This document shows positions 18,440 to 28,719 of a stretch of 64,000 nucleotides of DNA, piece after piece. Positions within the stretch are counted from its first letter, which is position 1. Each line of letters starts with the position of its first letter. The translations under genes were made by a program, and so were the position numbers. The DNA comes from a bacterium (GTDB taxonomy: Bacteria > UBA8248). Where the stretch lies: assembly GCA_965202625.1 (NCBI GenBank), contig CBDBBI010000010.1:2528001-2592000 (forward strand). Reading direction: 5' to 3'. A model generated the notes under the pieces. The model ran no database searches. It saw only the letters and a program-made list of their open reading frames with translations, and was not told where the DNA came from.

Positions 18440-19048
18440 GTGAATATAGACTTGATACGCGCGGTGAACGCGCATTTTCAACCCTTCTACGCTTACGTGG
18501 CGGAGGAGGTGCACGCCGAATACGGGCGAAATGCAGGATGCGTTCTGGAGGTCGGCCCCTATGGCCCGGGCGTGGCGCTCGCCCTGGCCGAGCGGTGTCC
18601 CGAGATGCGCTTCACGTGCGGGGACGAGGCGGACGCCGTGAACGATTATCTGGCCGAGCGGATAGCCGAGGCGGGAATGCCCTCGCGCGTGCGGGTGCGG
18701 CGGCTGGACAAGCGTTGCCTGCCGTTCGACCCGGCTTCGTTCGACCTCGTCGTCTTTCGGGGCGGGCTTTTCTTCTGGGATGGGCAGGAGAGGATCATCG
18801 CGGAGATGCACCGCGTTTTGCGGCCCGGCGGCCTGGGCGCCCACGGCGGCGGGTTCGGCGCCGGCGCGCCGGACGCCCTCATTGAGGCGCTGCTGCCCAG
18901 GGCGCGCGCGCTGAACGATAGGCTGGGCAAAAAGCGCCTCTCACGCACCGAGACGGAAAGGATCGCCCAAAGCGCAGGCATCGGAGATTCCGCCCGCATC
19001 AAGGCGAAGCATGGACTCTGGATGTATTGGAAGAAGGACGTTGAATAA
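18440..19048 (+). CDS. Class I SAM-dependent methyltransferase
   Basis: LEVGPYGPG, LPFDPASFDLV and EMHRVLRPGG motifs. Confidence 0.85.
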   Translation: MNIDLIRAVNAHFQPFYAYVAEEVHAEYGRNAGCVLEVGPYGPGVALALAERCPEMRFTCGDEADAVNDYLAERIAEAGMPSRVRVRRLDKRCLPFDPASFDLVVFRGGLFFWDGQERIIAEMHRVLRPGGLGAHGGGFGAGAPDALIEALLPRARALNDRLGKKRLSRTETERIAQSAGIGDSARIKAKHGLWMYWKKDVE

Positions 19049-19122
19049 GCGGATAGTCCGCCGTCATGACGGGCGGGAAATTTGTCCGGCGGAGGGATGG
19101 GAGATGGCGGCCGGCCTCTTCG

Positions 19123-22100
19123 CTACGCTTCGGAAAGAGCCTTCTGAATCGCTCGTAATTCGGCGTCGGTGATGCTCCAGATGGCGGCCGCCGCCCTGTC
19201 GATTTCAGCCTCCAGTTCCATCATCACGTCTTTCTGGCCGTTTTCCGCCGCAACGTGACATTGGCGCGAGAGTTCCGCCAGCCGCGCATGGATGCTGTCC
19301 CTCTTCCTGAATCGAGGAACGGCGATGTTCTTCATGATATGTGGTGAGGGATGGAGAACGACATAAGCCGCCGCCGCCGCTTGGGCAGGTGAAGAATTGA
19401 GCATTCCAGCGATGAAGTGGGCCTCATGCTCGTTGTCGGAAGAGACCAAAACGATTGAATGATCAGGCAACGAGGGCTTCATGTTCTCCACTGTTGAGGA
19501 ACCGCACACGCTTGCGCGGACCGTGTGTCCGACTTCGGGCCAGAGCACTTTCCATTCCGTCATGGTATATGGCCCGACGTTGTACATGGAGTAGAAGGGA
19601 TCAGAAGGCTTGAAATACCGGCGGTAGCCTGAGCGCCCGCGCAGCGTTCCACGTTCAGGTTTTTTGGGGTCGCCCTCGAATCGCTTCAAGTAGGCGAAGG
19701 TCTTCGGCCAGCGGCGTTTCATTTCCGCTTCGGGAATGCCTTTTCTCGTTTGCGGATCCTGCGCAAGGATGATGTATGCGGAAGGCCGGGCGCGCCAGCG
19801 TTTGACGTCCCGACCGCGCAGCAGGGGATAGACCAAATCCGGCTCGATGGCGGCCTGCGTCCGCTCGACCTTGATCTTGCCGACGTCGTGCAGGTTTTCG
19901 ATCAGGAGTTCGCCATTGGGTCGTTTCTCCAGGATACGAATCCAGTACACGCCGTTCAGCCACGTGCAGCAGCCGGCGTTCGCCCGATAGTCACTCGCCC
20001 CGATCACTTTTTGGATACCGGGGAGCGCCTGTTTTGGGGCCGTGAGCCAGGGGGACGAGTCTTTGGAAGGGATAACCGGAATCGCCTCAATTCTCCTTTG
20101 CTCCGTCGCTTTGAGAACGCTCGCAAGAGACTCCTCTTGCGCAATGCGTGAAGCGCCTTTCCATGTCGTGTATCTTGCAGGGTAGGCAAAGGGTCGTCTC
20201 GTTTTTTCACAGATAAAGATGGCGGTGCGGTTGGTCGCGCCCTCAAAGACTTGCATTGCGCTCATGTCGTGGACCATGAGTGGTTTGAGGTGCCACGTCA
20301 TGCGAGGCTTGTCTTGAACGTATCTCAGTTGTCTGAAGCCGTCGCCCGCGCCCTGCGTCTTGAACACGCTCTGCGTGATGACGAACCCGAGTCTCCCGCC
20401 TTTTTCCAGATAATTGTCCACCGAGGAGTAGGTGAACAGCATGGACAAGTCTTTCTTGCCTCCTCCCAGACGACCCTCCGACCCCGACAGCGTGAAGAGA
20501 TTGTATTCCTGCCAGAGAGGTTTCATGTCGTCGCGGTAGCCGTCGGGCAAATGCTCCCAGTTCACCCAGGGCGGATTGCCCGTCACGTAGTCCACCTTGC
20601 CGATGAACAGGGGCGCAAAGGCGTTCTTGATGATGCGCGCCCAGACGCCGTTCTTGTTCTCGGCGTCGAGTCGCTGAAGTTCGCGATAGAGTTGCTTGTG
20701 GAGTTCGGCTTCTCCCGCTGGAATGGCTTCGATCTCGCAGCGCTCGAGGAATTCGTCGGGCGAATAGCCGTTGCCGATGCAGAACTCGAGCGCGTCGGCG
20801 TAGCGGCCGATATGTTCCCGATTTCCGGCGACTTCCACCGGTATGTTGAAGTCTCCGGCGCTGGTCTTGAGTCGCCGCACGCGGTCCAGTCTTCCGACGG
20901 AGAGGTCGCTATATTCCGAGGGCGTCATGATCGAATCGCACAAATAGACGGGCAACTCGACCGCATCCGCATGGCGCAGCAAATCGCGGACAGCCATGAG
21001 ATAATTGGCGCGCGCGGCCATGACGGCCAGCGGATTCAGGTCAAAGCCGATGACGTTGCGCAGAATTTTGCGCAGCAACCCGTCCTCGCTGAAGCCGCAT
21101 TCGTAGCGGTGTTCGCCAAACCAGCGTTTGACGCGATTCAACGCCATCACCAGAAAGGTGCCCGAACCGCAGGCGGGGTCGAGCAAACGCTTGTCGGGGT
21201 CACCGTCATAGCCGAGTTCGTCGAGCACGAGTTCGGCGAGCCAGTCGGGCGTGTAGTATTCTCCGAGATCGTGCCGGACGGATTTTGGAAAAAGCTGCTG
21301 GTAGAGTTGCTTGAGCAGGTCGCGGGATTCTGCGGGATCGACGCTGAGCGTGGTGGGGTCGAATTCGTCAAGGTATTTTGTCATCGTGCGCACTGCGTCC
21401 GCGCATCCCTCGTCCCATGCGTCGAGATACCAGGAGAAGAGGTCGCCTTCGAGGAAGTTGCGAATGCCGATCTGCGACCAGATGCCGCCGTGTTCGAGAT
21501 TCCGCAGTTCCTCCCGTAATTTGGCCGAAGTAGGCGCGGAGACGAGTCGCCTCAGCGTTGAAGTCCCCAGGGGCGAGAAGGAGGCGACTATCTCGGCGGC
21601 AAGCATTTTCATGAATATGGCGTAATAGGTATGAACGGCGAAGAGAAGCTGGGCTGGACGGGGCCCGGGTATCGAATAATGGTCGGCCAATGCTCTGACC
21701 TTGTGACTCCGACCATGGATGTCATAGCCGCAAACCTCGCCGAATAAAATTTGCCATTGGCGGAAAAACGTTTGCGCCTTGGGGCTGTTGGTCGTGCGGA
21801 TGAGGTCATGGATGAGGCGAACGCCTTTTTGGGCACTCGGGCTCTCAGAGCCAAAATAGTCGCTCAGGTTCTTCGGCGTGAAGGAAAGCCCCCGCGCGCC
21901 CACCGACACGATTGCCCGCAGCAAACGCTGGACGGTATGCGCCGTGACCGGCTGCGGACTCTCGACGTCGAACCTGGCCCCATGTTTCCGCACGAACACG
22001 AGAACGTCGCCATCGCACCCCACGCCGAGGATGCGATCCATGCCGACGTGCTCTTTCGCCTCAAAGTCCCTGAAGCGTTTTTTGAGTTGCTTCACAACGG

Positions 22101-22386
22101 CTTTGGCGCCCGGTGCGTTCTCATTCTCCGTAATTTTGCCTGCGCCCTTGGGGTCCTTGTACTCAATGACCACGCCGCCATATTTCGAGTCGATGCGTCC
22201 GCCCGCCAGGTCGTATTCATGTCGGCCCTTGAGGGTGAGTTCCGCTTTGTTGATGAACTCGTCGATCAGATTGTTGCACGCATGGCGCACGTCTTCCTCC
22301 GAGCCGGCCCCTTGAGCCGCCCCGACCATCTGCTTCGCCATCACCTCAGCGTGCGTTTGAATCAACGTTTCGAGGTTCGTATCCAT
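19123..22386 (-). CDS. Type IIG-like fused restriction endonuclease / N6-adenine methyltransferase
   Basis: N-terminal RID...IEYK PD-(D/E)xK motif, GEYYTP, LDPACGSGTF (motif I), GNPPW (motif IV) and a C-terminal TRD. Confidence 0.9.
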   Translation of the reverse strand: MDTNLETLIQTHAEVMAKQMVGAAQGAGSEEDVRHACNNLIDEFINKAELTLKGRHEYDLAGGRIDSKYGGVVIEYKDPKGAGKITENENAPGAKAVVKQLKKRFRDFEAKEHVGMDRILGVGCDGDVLVFVRKHGARFDVESPQPVTAHTVQRLLRAIVSVGARGLSFTPKNLSDYFGSESPSAQKGVRLIHDLIRTTNSPKAQTFFRQWQILFGEVCGYDIHGRSHKVRALADHYSIPGPRPAQLLFAVHTYYAIFMKMLAAEIVASFSPLGTSTLRRLVSAPTSAKLREELRNLEHGGIWSQIGIRNFLEGDLFSWYLDAWDEGCADAVRTMTKYLDEFDPTTLSVDPAESRDLLKQLYQQLFPKSVRHDLGEYYTPDWLAELVLDELGYDGDPDKRLLDPACGSGTFLVMALNRVKRWFGEHRYECGFSEDGLLRKILRNVIGFDLNPLAVMAARANYLMAVRDLLRHADAVELPVYLCDSIMTPSEYSDLSVGRLDRVRRLKTSAGDFNIPVEVAGNREHIGRYADALEFCIGNGYSPDEFLERCEIEAIPAGEAELHKQLYRELQRLDAENKNGVWARIIKNAFAPLFIGKVDYVTGNPPWVNWEHLPDGYRDDMKPLWQEYNLFTLSGSEGRLGGGKKDLSMLFTYSSVDNYLEKGGRLGFVITQSVFKTQGAGDGFRQLRYVQDKPRMTWHLKPLMVHDMSAMQVFEGATNRTAIFICEKTRRPFAYPARYTTWKGASRIAQEESLASVLKATEQRRIEAIPVIPSKDSSPWLTAPKQALPGIQKVIGASDYRANAGCCTWLNGVYWIRILEKRPNGELLIENLHDVGKIKVERTQAAIEPDLVYPLLRGRDVKRWRARPSAYIILAQDPQTRKGIPEAEMKRRWPKTFAYLKRFEGDPKKPERGTLRGRSGYRRYFKPSDPFYSMYNVGPYTMTEWKVLWPEVGHTVRASVCGSSTVENMKPSLPDHSIVLVSSDNEHEAHFIAGMLNSSPAQAAAAAYVVLHPSPHIMKNIAVPRFRKRDSIHARLAELSRQCHVAAENGQKDVMMELEAEIDRAAAAIWSITDAELRAIQKALSEA

Positions 22387-22387
22387 C

Positions 22388-22954
22388 TCACTCCGCACCC
22401 TTCAGCAAACTCGTTTTGGTGAACACCGCCTCAAGGGCGAAGCCGCGCGCGGCGAGGTTCTTCCGTCCGCCTTCCTCCCTGTCCACGAGGCAGATGACCT
22501 GCGCGATTTCGAGACCTGCGGAGAGTGCCGCCTCAATCGCCACGAGGCTGGAGGCGGCGGTGGTCACCACGTCCTCGACGATGGCGACACGCATTCCCGC
22601 TCTCAGGTTTCCCGCCCCCTCGATGCGGTTTTGCATTCCGTGTCCCTTCTCCGCCTTGCGAATGATGAAGGCGGGGACGTCGACGCCTGAGAGCGCGGCG
22701 GTCATCGAGACGGCGGTCACCATCGGGTCCGCCCCCAGGGTGGGTCCGCCTACGGCCTGTGCCCCGCTTTTCCGAATGCGCTCGAGAATCACCCGCCCCA
22801 CGAGCCGCGCCCCCTCGCCATGGAGGGTGACCTGGCGGCAATCGACGTAAAAATCGCTCTCCTTGCCCGAGGCGAGCCGCACCTTTTTCTTCTCATACGC
22901 CTTCTCCAGCAAAAGCCGGCGCAGGGCTTCCAGGTCTGCGTCATCCCTCCTCAT
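22388..22954 (-). CDS. pyrE: Orotate phosphoribosyltransferase
   Basis: LASGKESDFYVDCR, IRKAEKGHG and VEDVVTT PRPP-binding loop. Confidence 0.93.
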   Translation of the reverse strand: MRRDDADLEALRRLLLEKAYEKKKVRLASGKESDFYVDCRQVTLHGEGARLVGRVILERIRKSGAQAVGGPTLGADPMVTAVSMTAALSGVDVPAFIIRKAEKGHGMQNRIEGAGNLRAGMRVAIVEDVVTTAASSLVAIEAALSAGLEIAQVICLVDREEGGRKNLAARGFALEAVFTKTSLLKGAE

Positions 22955-23122
22955 GGCGTCGCCTTTCTCGTCGAATCGTGGTCGGTCGGGTGTGGTCGTT
23001 CTTCTTGTTGCGCATGGCGTGTGTTTTGGCGTTGTTGAGGACATGGATGGATGGGGCAGCCCGAGCGTTTCGCCGCCCCGTGAAGCGCGAGGGCGCACCT
23101 GTGCGGGTGCGGGAATGCCCCC

Positions 23123-23410
23123 TCACTCGGGCGCGTCGTCGCTCCCCTGAATCTTTTGGCGGATGTGAAGCGCCGCCGCCTCAAAGGCTTCGGGCACCAT
23201 GACGTGCACCGCGCCCAGGTGGGTCTGGCTGAATCCGTAGACGGCGCCCGCCGAATCATAGCTCAGGTGCACGGGTATGCGCTCGGCCTCCAGCCTGCTC
23301 TTGAGGATGAGCGCCTCCATCTGCCCGCCCACCGTGGCGATGCGCCTTAAATTCGATGATCCCCTCACGCCCTCCGGCGGTTCCGCGCTCCACAAACTGG
23401 CGCTCCTCAA
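23123..23410 (-). CDS. DUF2007-like putative signal-transducing protein (start uncertain)
   Basis: EALILKSRLEAERIP...GAVHVMVPE pattern. Confidence 0.65.
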   Translation of the reverse strand: MRSASLWSAEPPEGVRGSSNLRRIATVGGQMEALILKSRLEAERIPVHLSYDSAGAVYGFSQTHLGAVHVMVPEAFEAAALHIRQKIQGSDDAPE

Positions 23411-23530
23411 GCCGTTTCACCGTTGCATATCGCGTCTGCAATACGGAATCCTCCCTTATGTTCGGGTATATTTCTCATCAGCGCAAGGGTGGCGCGCGTC
23501 CTCGCTTCTGGTTGGTTTCCCGTTCCCTGA

Positions 23531-24409
23531 ATGGTAATTTGGCGGAAGCGAATGGGAGGAGAGGTTTTGGCTTTGCGGCGACCTGCGTTCTCGTATCTGT
23601 TTCCGCTTCTGGCGGTGTCGTTTCTGACGCTCGGCGTCGTTTGCGGCGACGCCCTGTGGGAATCCGCGCGCGCGCAGGCTCCCCCCCGCCGGGCGCTCTC
23701 CCCAGGGGAGGCGTCCCGGGCGAGCGGTTTCAGTTCCCCCTTCGTCGTGGTGATCGACCCGGGCCACGGAGGACAGGACGCAGGGAGTCGAGGCGCGCTG
23801 CTTCTGGAGAAGGATTTTACCCTGCGCGCGAGCCGCCTGATAGCCGCGCTTCTCTCGAAGCGGCCGGACGTGAAGGTAGTCCTCACGCGGGAGGCCGACA
23901 CGCAGATGAGCGCCGCGCAGCGGGCCGCCGTGGCGAATTACAACGGCGCGTCGTTGTTCCTCACCCTCCACGCGGACGCCTCCTGGCGATCGGGGGCGCG
24001 AGGGGCCCGCATCATGGTGGCGGCACCCCGCCGCCCGCCTCGCGTGAAGGGCGAGGCGCCCGAGGCCGTCGCCCTTCGCTGGCAGCGCAGCCAGAACGTG
24101 CATCTGGCGGCGAACCGCCGCTTCGCCCTCGGGCTGCAGAGACGTTTCGCCGCAGTCGGTCAAAAAGAAAAGCTCGCCCTCCACATTCTGCCCGTGCGTA
24201 ATCTGGAGGGAGCGCAGATGCCGGCGGTGTATCTCAGCCTGGGCGTCATCAGCACGCCGGAGGAGGAGGCGAGGCTCAGCGAGATGGACGAGGAGGACGC
24301 CTGCGTCGTGGGAGTCGTCCGGGAGATACTGCGGTTCGCCAAACTGTCTCGGGAGCCTCCAGCTCGATCTTCCGCGCCCCCGGCGCGACGCGCAGGGGCG
24401 CGCCCCTGA
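23531..24409 (+). CDS. N-acetylmuramoyl-L-alanine amidase (Amidase_3) family protein
   Basis: VVIDPGHGG, EKDFTL, LTRE and LTLHAD motifs; PAVYLSLG lacks the usual Glu. Confidence 0.8.
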   Translation: MVIWRKRMGGEVLALRRPAFSYLFPLLAVSFLTLGVVCGDALWESARAQAPPRRALSPGEASRASGFSSPFVVVIDPGHGGQDAGSRGALLLEKDFTLRASRLIAALLSKRPDVKVVLTREADTQMSAAQRAAVANYNGASLFLTLHADASWRSGARGARIMVAAPRRPPRVKGEAPEAVALRWQRSQNVHLAANRRFALGLQRRFAAVGQKEKLALHILPVRNLEGAQMPAVYLSLGVISTPEEEARLSEMDEEDACVVGVVREILRFAKLSREPPARSSAPPARRAGARP

Positions 24410-25173
24410 TGGACAGGAGGGCTAGGGTGGTCAAGAGGCTTCTTTTCGCGATCCTGCTCGTGCTCGTGAGCGGTGCTCTCGTCTGGACGTTTCAGGACGC
24501 CGTCCTGGACCTGATGGAGCGGAGCCGGCGCGTCGCTTTCGGCCCCAAGCCGGAAGACTCCGCGCATGGGCACAGCGTGAGGAAGACGCTGTATTTCGCC
24601 GGTGCGAAGGAGGACCTGTTGGTCCCCTATAGCGTGGAGGTGGAGGTCGGAGAGGACGAGTTCCACACCCTTCATAACCTGCTGGGGGCGCTTCTGGAGG
24701 GACCGCAAAAGGAAGGATACGCGCCGATTCTGCCGAAAGGGACGAAGTTGCGCGCCGCCTTTCCAGGTCCTGCGGGGATCGCCTACGTTGATTTCGACAA
24801 AACCTTTCGGGACGCGCATCCGGGCGGCGCATGGGCGGAGCTGATGACCGCCTACGGAGTCGTCAGCACCGTCGTCAAGAATTTCCCCGATCTTTTTGAT
24901 CGTGTCGTCTTGCTCATTGAGGGACAGGAGGCCCGAAGCGTCGCCGGTGCTCTCGCCATTGCGGGTCCGCTCAAGGTGCGGGAGGAATTGATAGCGCGTG
25001 TGCCCCGCGCGGGAGTCGGCATCGCCCCCGAGGGGGGTCGCACCCCCGCCCCTGCGGCGAGTCCGCCTGTGGTGGGAAGTCCGCCGGCGGGCCAGGAGCC
25101 GGTGGAGGCCGTGGGCGTTCCGGATCGCAAACCGGCCGTCGGTGCCGTAGGCGTACCGGGAGAGTCCCCCTAG
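24409..25173 (+). CDS. GerMN-domain membrane-anchored protein
   Basis: N-terminal TM, TLYF, LLEGP, PKGTKL, AYVDF and VVLLIEG motifs; follows the amidase. Confidence 0.8.
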   Translation: MDRRARVVKRLLFAILLVLVSGALVWTFQDAVLDLMERSRRVAFGPKPEDSAHGHSVRKTLYFAGAKEDLLVPYSVEVEVGEDEFHTLHNLLGALLEGPQKEGYAPILPKGTKLRAAFPGPAGIAYVDFDKTFRDAHPGGAWAELMTAYGVVSTVVKNFPDLFDRVVLLIEGQEARSVAGALAIAGPLKVREELIARVPRAGVGIAPEGGRTPAPAASPPVVGSPPAGQEPVEAVGVPDRKPAVGAVGVPGESP

Positions 25174-26543
25174 CCGGAGGCGCACGCTTCGCGTATCGAC
25201 TCGTCCAGAACGTCCACCATTTGGGTGATCTCCTCGTTTGTCACGCAATAGGGGGGCATGAGGACGATGACGTCGCCCAGGGGCCTGAGGGCGAGGCCGC
25301 GCTTTCTCGCTGCCAGTATGACCTCCCTGCCTTTGCGCTCGGCGGGCGCGTAGGGTTCTTTCTTCTCCTTGTCCTTGACGAGCTCCACTCCGACCATAAA
25401 GCCCAGGCCGCGCACGTCTCCCACGCGGGGCGCGCTTTTGAGCCTCTCAAGCGCGGCCCAGAGATGCGCGATCTTTGGCCCGTTGCGCTCAATGGTCTTC
25501 TCCCGCTCGAAAATTCTGAGGTTCGCCAGCCCCGCCGCGCACCCCAGGGGGTTTCCCGTGTAGGAGTGTCCGTGAAAGAAGGCGCGGCCCTTCTCGGGCG
25601 CCCCCCGAAAGGCGTCGAATATCTCCTCGGTGGCCAGCGTCGCCGCCAGCGGCAGGTAGCCGCCCGTGAGGCCCTTGGCCAGGCACAGAATGTCCGGCGC
25701 CACGTCCTCGTGCGCGCAGGCGAACATGGGGCCCGTGCGTCCAAACCCCGTGGCCACCTCGTCGGCGATCAGGAGCACGTCGTTCTCCGTGCACGCCTGG
25801 CGCACTTTTTGAAGAAAGCCGGGCGGCTGGACGATGACGCCCGCCGCCCCCTGCACCATGGGTTCGAGAACCACTGCGGCGAGGTGCGGCGCGTTTTCCT
25901 GGATGTGGTGGACTATCTCATCGCCCCCGCACACCGGGCAGGGGGGACGCTCCGCCCCCCTTGGGCACCAAAAGCAATAGGGCGTTTCCGCCCGCATGGC
26001 GCGAAACAACAAGGGACCAAAGATGCTGTGAAACAAGTCGATTCCGCCCAGCGACACCGCGCCTATGGTGTCGCCGTGATAGGCGAGGTTCAGCGCGAGG
26101 AACCTGTCCTTCGCAGGTTGTGGGTTCCTCCTCTGCTTTTGATACTGAAAGGCCATCTTGAGGGCGACTTCCACCGCCGTGGCGCCTGCATCCGAATAAA
26201 AGACGCGGGTGAGGTGGGCGGGTGCGATCTCGACGAGCTTTTCCGCCAGCGCGATGGCCGCCGGATTCGACATGCCCAACTGCGTGGTGTGGGCGATCAT
26301 GTCGAGTTGCGCCCGAATCGCCTCGTTGATCTCCTCTTTGCGATGCCCGTGGAGGTTCACCCAAAGGGAGGAGACGCCGTCGAGATACCGGTTGCCCAGC
26401 GCGTCGATGAGATACGCGCCCTCGCCGCGCTCGATGATGAGCGGCGGGTCCTCGCTCTCCCATTCGTCCATGGACGTAAAGGGGTGCCAGAGGTTTTTTC
26501 GGTCCGCAGCCGCCAGGCGGGCGAGGCGTTCCACCTCGTCCAT
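25170..26543 (-). CDS. bioA: Adenosylmethionine-8-amino-7-oxononanoate aminotransferase
   Basis: LWHPFT, DGVSSLWVNLHGH, YHGDTIGA, DEVATGFGRTG, AKGLTGGYLP and HGHSYTGNP motifs. Confidence 0.95.
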   Translation of the reverse strand: MDEVERLARLAAADRKNLWHPFTSMDEWESEDPPLIIERGEGAYLIDALGNRYLDGVSSLWVNLHGHRKEEINEAIRAQLDMIAHTTQLGMSNPAAIALAEKLVEIAPAHLTRVFYSDAGATAVEVALKMAFQYQKQRRNPQPAKDRFLALNLAYHGDTIGAVSLGGIDLFHSIFGPLLFRAMRAETPYCFWCPRGAERPPCPVCGGDEIVHHIQENAPHLAAVVLEPMVQGAAGVIVQPPGFLQKVRQACTENDVLLIADEVATGFGRTGPMFACAHEDVAPDILCLAKGLTGGYLPLAATLATEEIFDAFRGAPEKGRAFFHGHSYTGNPLGCAAGLANLRIFEREKTIERNGPKIAHLWAALERLKSAPRVGDVRGLGFMVGVELVKDKEKKEPYAPAERKGREVILAARKRGLALRPLGDVIVLMPPYCVTNEEITQMVDVLDESIREACASG

Positions 26544-26545
26544 GC

Positions 26546-27325
26546 CTAGGCGGGCCGCTCGGCCAGAATGACGGCTTCTCGCTCGTCGAAGACGTACGCG
26601 CCGTCCTCCTCGCGCGGGTTAAGCCAATATGCGATGGCGGGCGAGGCGGTCTCCAGATATTTCCGAAGCGCCGCTTTCTCCTCCTCTGCCAGGTGGGGAC
26701 GGTTCACCCACTCGGAGAGCACCATCTTCTTGCGTAGGCTCTCGGAGTAGATGACGCGAAAACCGGCCGCCTCGAGCATCTCCACCAGGGCGGGCAGGCT
26801 GTCGCAGCGGTTGTGGCTCGGGTCGCGCAGACGCTCGAAATCGTTGTAGCGCGTCTGTTCTCTGGGTTCTTCAGGCGCGATGTTGTCGATATAGACGAGT
26901 CTTCCCCCCGGTTTCAGAACCCGAAACATCTCGTGAATCGACGCTTGGGCGTCGGGGAAGTGGTGGGGGGCGATGCGCACCGACGCCGAATCGATCGACG
27001 CGTCCAGAATGCCGATGTTCTCCGCATCGGTTCTGAGGAACGAGACGTTCTCCGCGCCCCTCCGCTGGCCGAGCCTGCGCGCGGAGGCGAGCATTCCTGC
27101 GGTCAAGTCGCTCGCGATGACGTGGCGGCACCTGTCCGCCATCTGGTAGGCGGTGTGGCCGGCGCCGGTGGCGACGTCAAGGTGGACGCCGCCCCTCGGG
27201 TTCAGCACCTCGGCGGCGCGCGAGAGAGAGCTGCTGCGCGCGTGGGGCGTGCTGGTGACGTAGTAGTCCGAATCCTGGTTGTATATGCGCTGCACGGCGT
27301 CTCGCTGTTCCCTGGACGTGTTCAT
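26546..27325 (-). CDS. Class I SAM-dependent methyltransferase (UbiE/YcgJ-like)
   Basis: LDVATGAGHTA, RIAPHHF and RDPSH motifs. Confidence 0.85.
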   Translation of the reverse strand: MNTSREQRDAVQRIYNQDSDYYVTSTPHARSSSLSRAAEVLNPRGGVHLDVATGAGHTAYQMADRCRHVIASDLTAGMLASARRLGQRRGAENVSFLRTDAENIGILDASIDSASVRIAPHHFPDAQASIHEMFRVLKPGGRLVYIDNIAPEEPREQTRYNDFERLRDPSHNRCDSLPALVEMLEAAGFRVIYSESLRKKMVLSEWVNRPHLAEEEKAALRKYLETASPAIAYWLNPREEDGAYVFDEREAVILAERPA

Positions 27326-27386
27326 ACCGCTCCTGTCGAGAATAGATGGTCGCGCGTCGGGAGAAGTATTTCCCCAAAATGGAATT

Positions 27387-28028
27387 TCAGGCAAGCGGCG
27401 GGAGCGTTCTGAGAATCGCGCGGGCCGGGGCGCCGTCGCGCCCTGTGAACAGGGCGGGCAGGGCGATGAGTTCATAGTCGCCCTCTGGCGCGTTCGCCAG
27501 GTTCAATCCTTCCAGTAGGACGACCCCCTCGGGCATCAGAAGCAGGTGGACGGGGCCGCCGCTTTTGGGCGCGTCCACGGAGAGGTAGTCCACGCCCAGG
27601 AGCGCCATTCCGTTTTCGAGCAGCAGCTGGGCGGCTTCGCGCGTCATGTGGCAAAAATGGGGGTCGAACGGCTTTTCCCACCACCTGTTTTCCGAGTTGC
27701 GCGTCTTGATCAAAAAGCGCGTCGCGCCGCTGAGGTTCTTGGTCTTCAGCTCCTCCGCGCTCACGCGTTCGGGATTTTCTATCTCTATCACCCGGGCGGG
27801 GCCCGCCAAGGTTTCCAGGGGGAGCGTCTCGATTCCGCCCGCACCCGGCAAATAGTGCATGGGCGCGTCCAGATGCGTGCCGGTGTGCGCGCCGAAGACG
27901 GCTTCCGTGAGGCAGACGGAATCCCCCGCCTCGAAGGATGCGTGAAAGCGCATTTCCAGCCCCGGATTCCCCGGCCAGATGGGCATTTTTCCTTGCCGCA
28001 CGGGAACAGAGATGTCGATGATGTTCAT
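27387..28028 (-). CDS. Cyclase family protein (kynurenine formamidase-like)
   Basis: HTGTHLDAP, GVDYLSVD and DGAPARA motifs. Confidence 0.88.
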   Translation of the reverse strand: MNIIDISVPVRQGKMPIWPGNPGLEMRFHASFEAGDSVCLTEAVFGAHTGTHLDAPMHYLPGAGGIETLPLETLAGPARVIEIENPERVSAEELKTKNLSGATRFLIKTRNSENRWWEKPFDPHFCHMTREAAQLLLENGMALLGVDYLSVDAPKSGGPVHLLLMPEGVVLLEGLNLANAPEGDYELIALPALFTGRDGAPARAILRTLPPLA

Positions 28029-28217
28029 GCGCGCTCCTCAGGTGGGATCAAAAACAATCAGAGTAGCATTAGAATATCAAGAATATCAAAAAACGGCCGA
28101 AAATTTCCAGATAGCGATTTTCGCACGCGCTCCGCATCCGATTCTTTGTCCTGATTTTCAGTCTTGCGTAAGAAAAAGTTGAGTTGAGAGACTCGTCAAG
28201 GAAGGTTTGGCAACAAA

Positions 28218-28712
28218 TTACGCATCTGCATTCTCATATACGACTTTCCCGTTTTGTTGTGCCCATTTCACGGACAGGCTTACATGCGAGATAGCGTTTC
28301 TACTTTTGTCTAATTGACGTTTGGTTTCGTTAAGGACAATTTCTGGCGCTATCTCATATATGATTTTGCATTTTATTTGGTTCGATTCATAAAATACGGC
28401 TAAATATATTTTTGAATTTCTGGTTATTCTGTTTAAGGATTCGTTCCGTTTGTTCAGTGGCTCCTTGAACATTCTATCAAATTGGCCGCTTCCGTCTTCT
28501 TTGCAAGAGAGATACTCATATTTCTTGTTCGGGTCATCGGGAGCGTGGGCGTCCGCATCGCGTTTCGAGTGAATTAACTCGTGTCCCAATAAATCGGCGA
28601 TGATCATTTCTTTTACCAGTCCTGGTTGCAATAGGTTAGGAATACCTATCAATCGCGCCTGCTCCGCCGCTTTTAATATAAGATTTATGATTTCATGATA
28701 TATTTTTCTCAC
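28218..28712 (-). CDS. Putative PvuII-like type II restriction endonuclease
   Basis: 164 aa. GIPNLLQ..K, DA..YE and SLSVKWAQQNGKVVY recall R.PvuII; AT-rich and directly downstream of an MTase. Confidence 0.6.
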   Translation of the reverse strand: MRKIYHEIINLILKAAEQARLIGIPNLLQPGLVKEMIIADLLGHELIHSKRDADAHAPDDPNKKYEYLSCKEDGSGQFDRMFKEPLNKRNESLNRITRNSKIYLAVFYESNQIKCKIIYEIAPEIVLNETKRQLDKSRNAISHVSLSVKWAQQNGKVVYENADA

Positions 28713-28719
28713 GGTAGAG

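Noticed and set aside
19060-19071. Perfect palindrome CCGTCATGACGG between convergent genes
   Set aside because: Single short GC-rich palindrome with no U-tract; not supportable as a terminator or att site.
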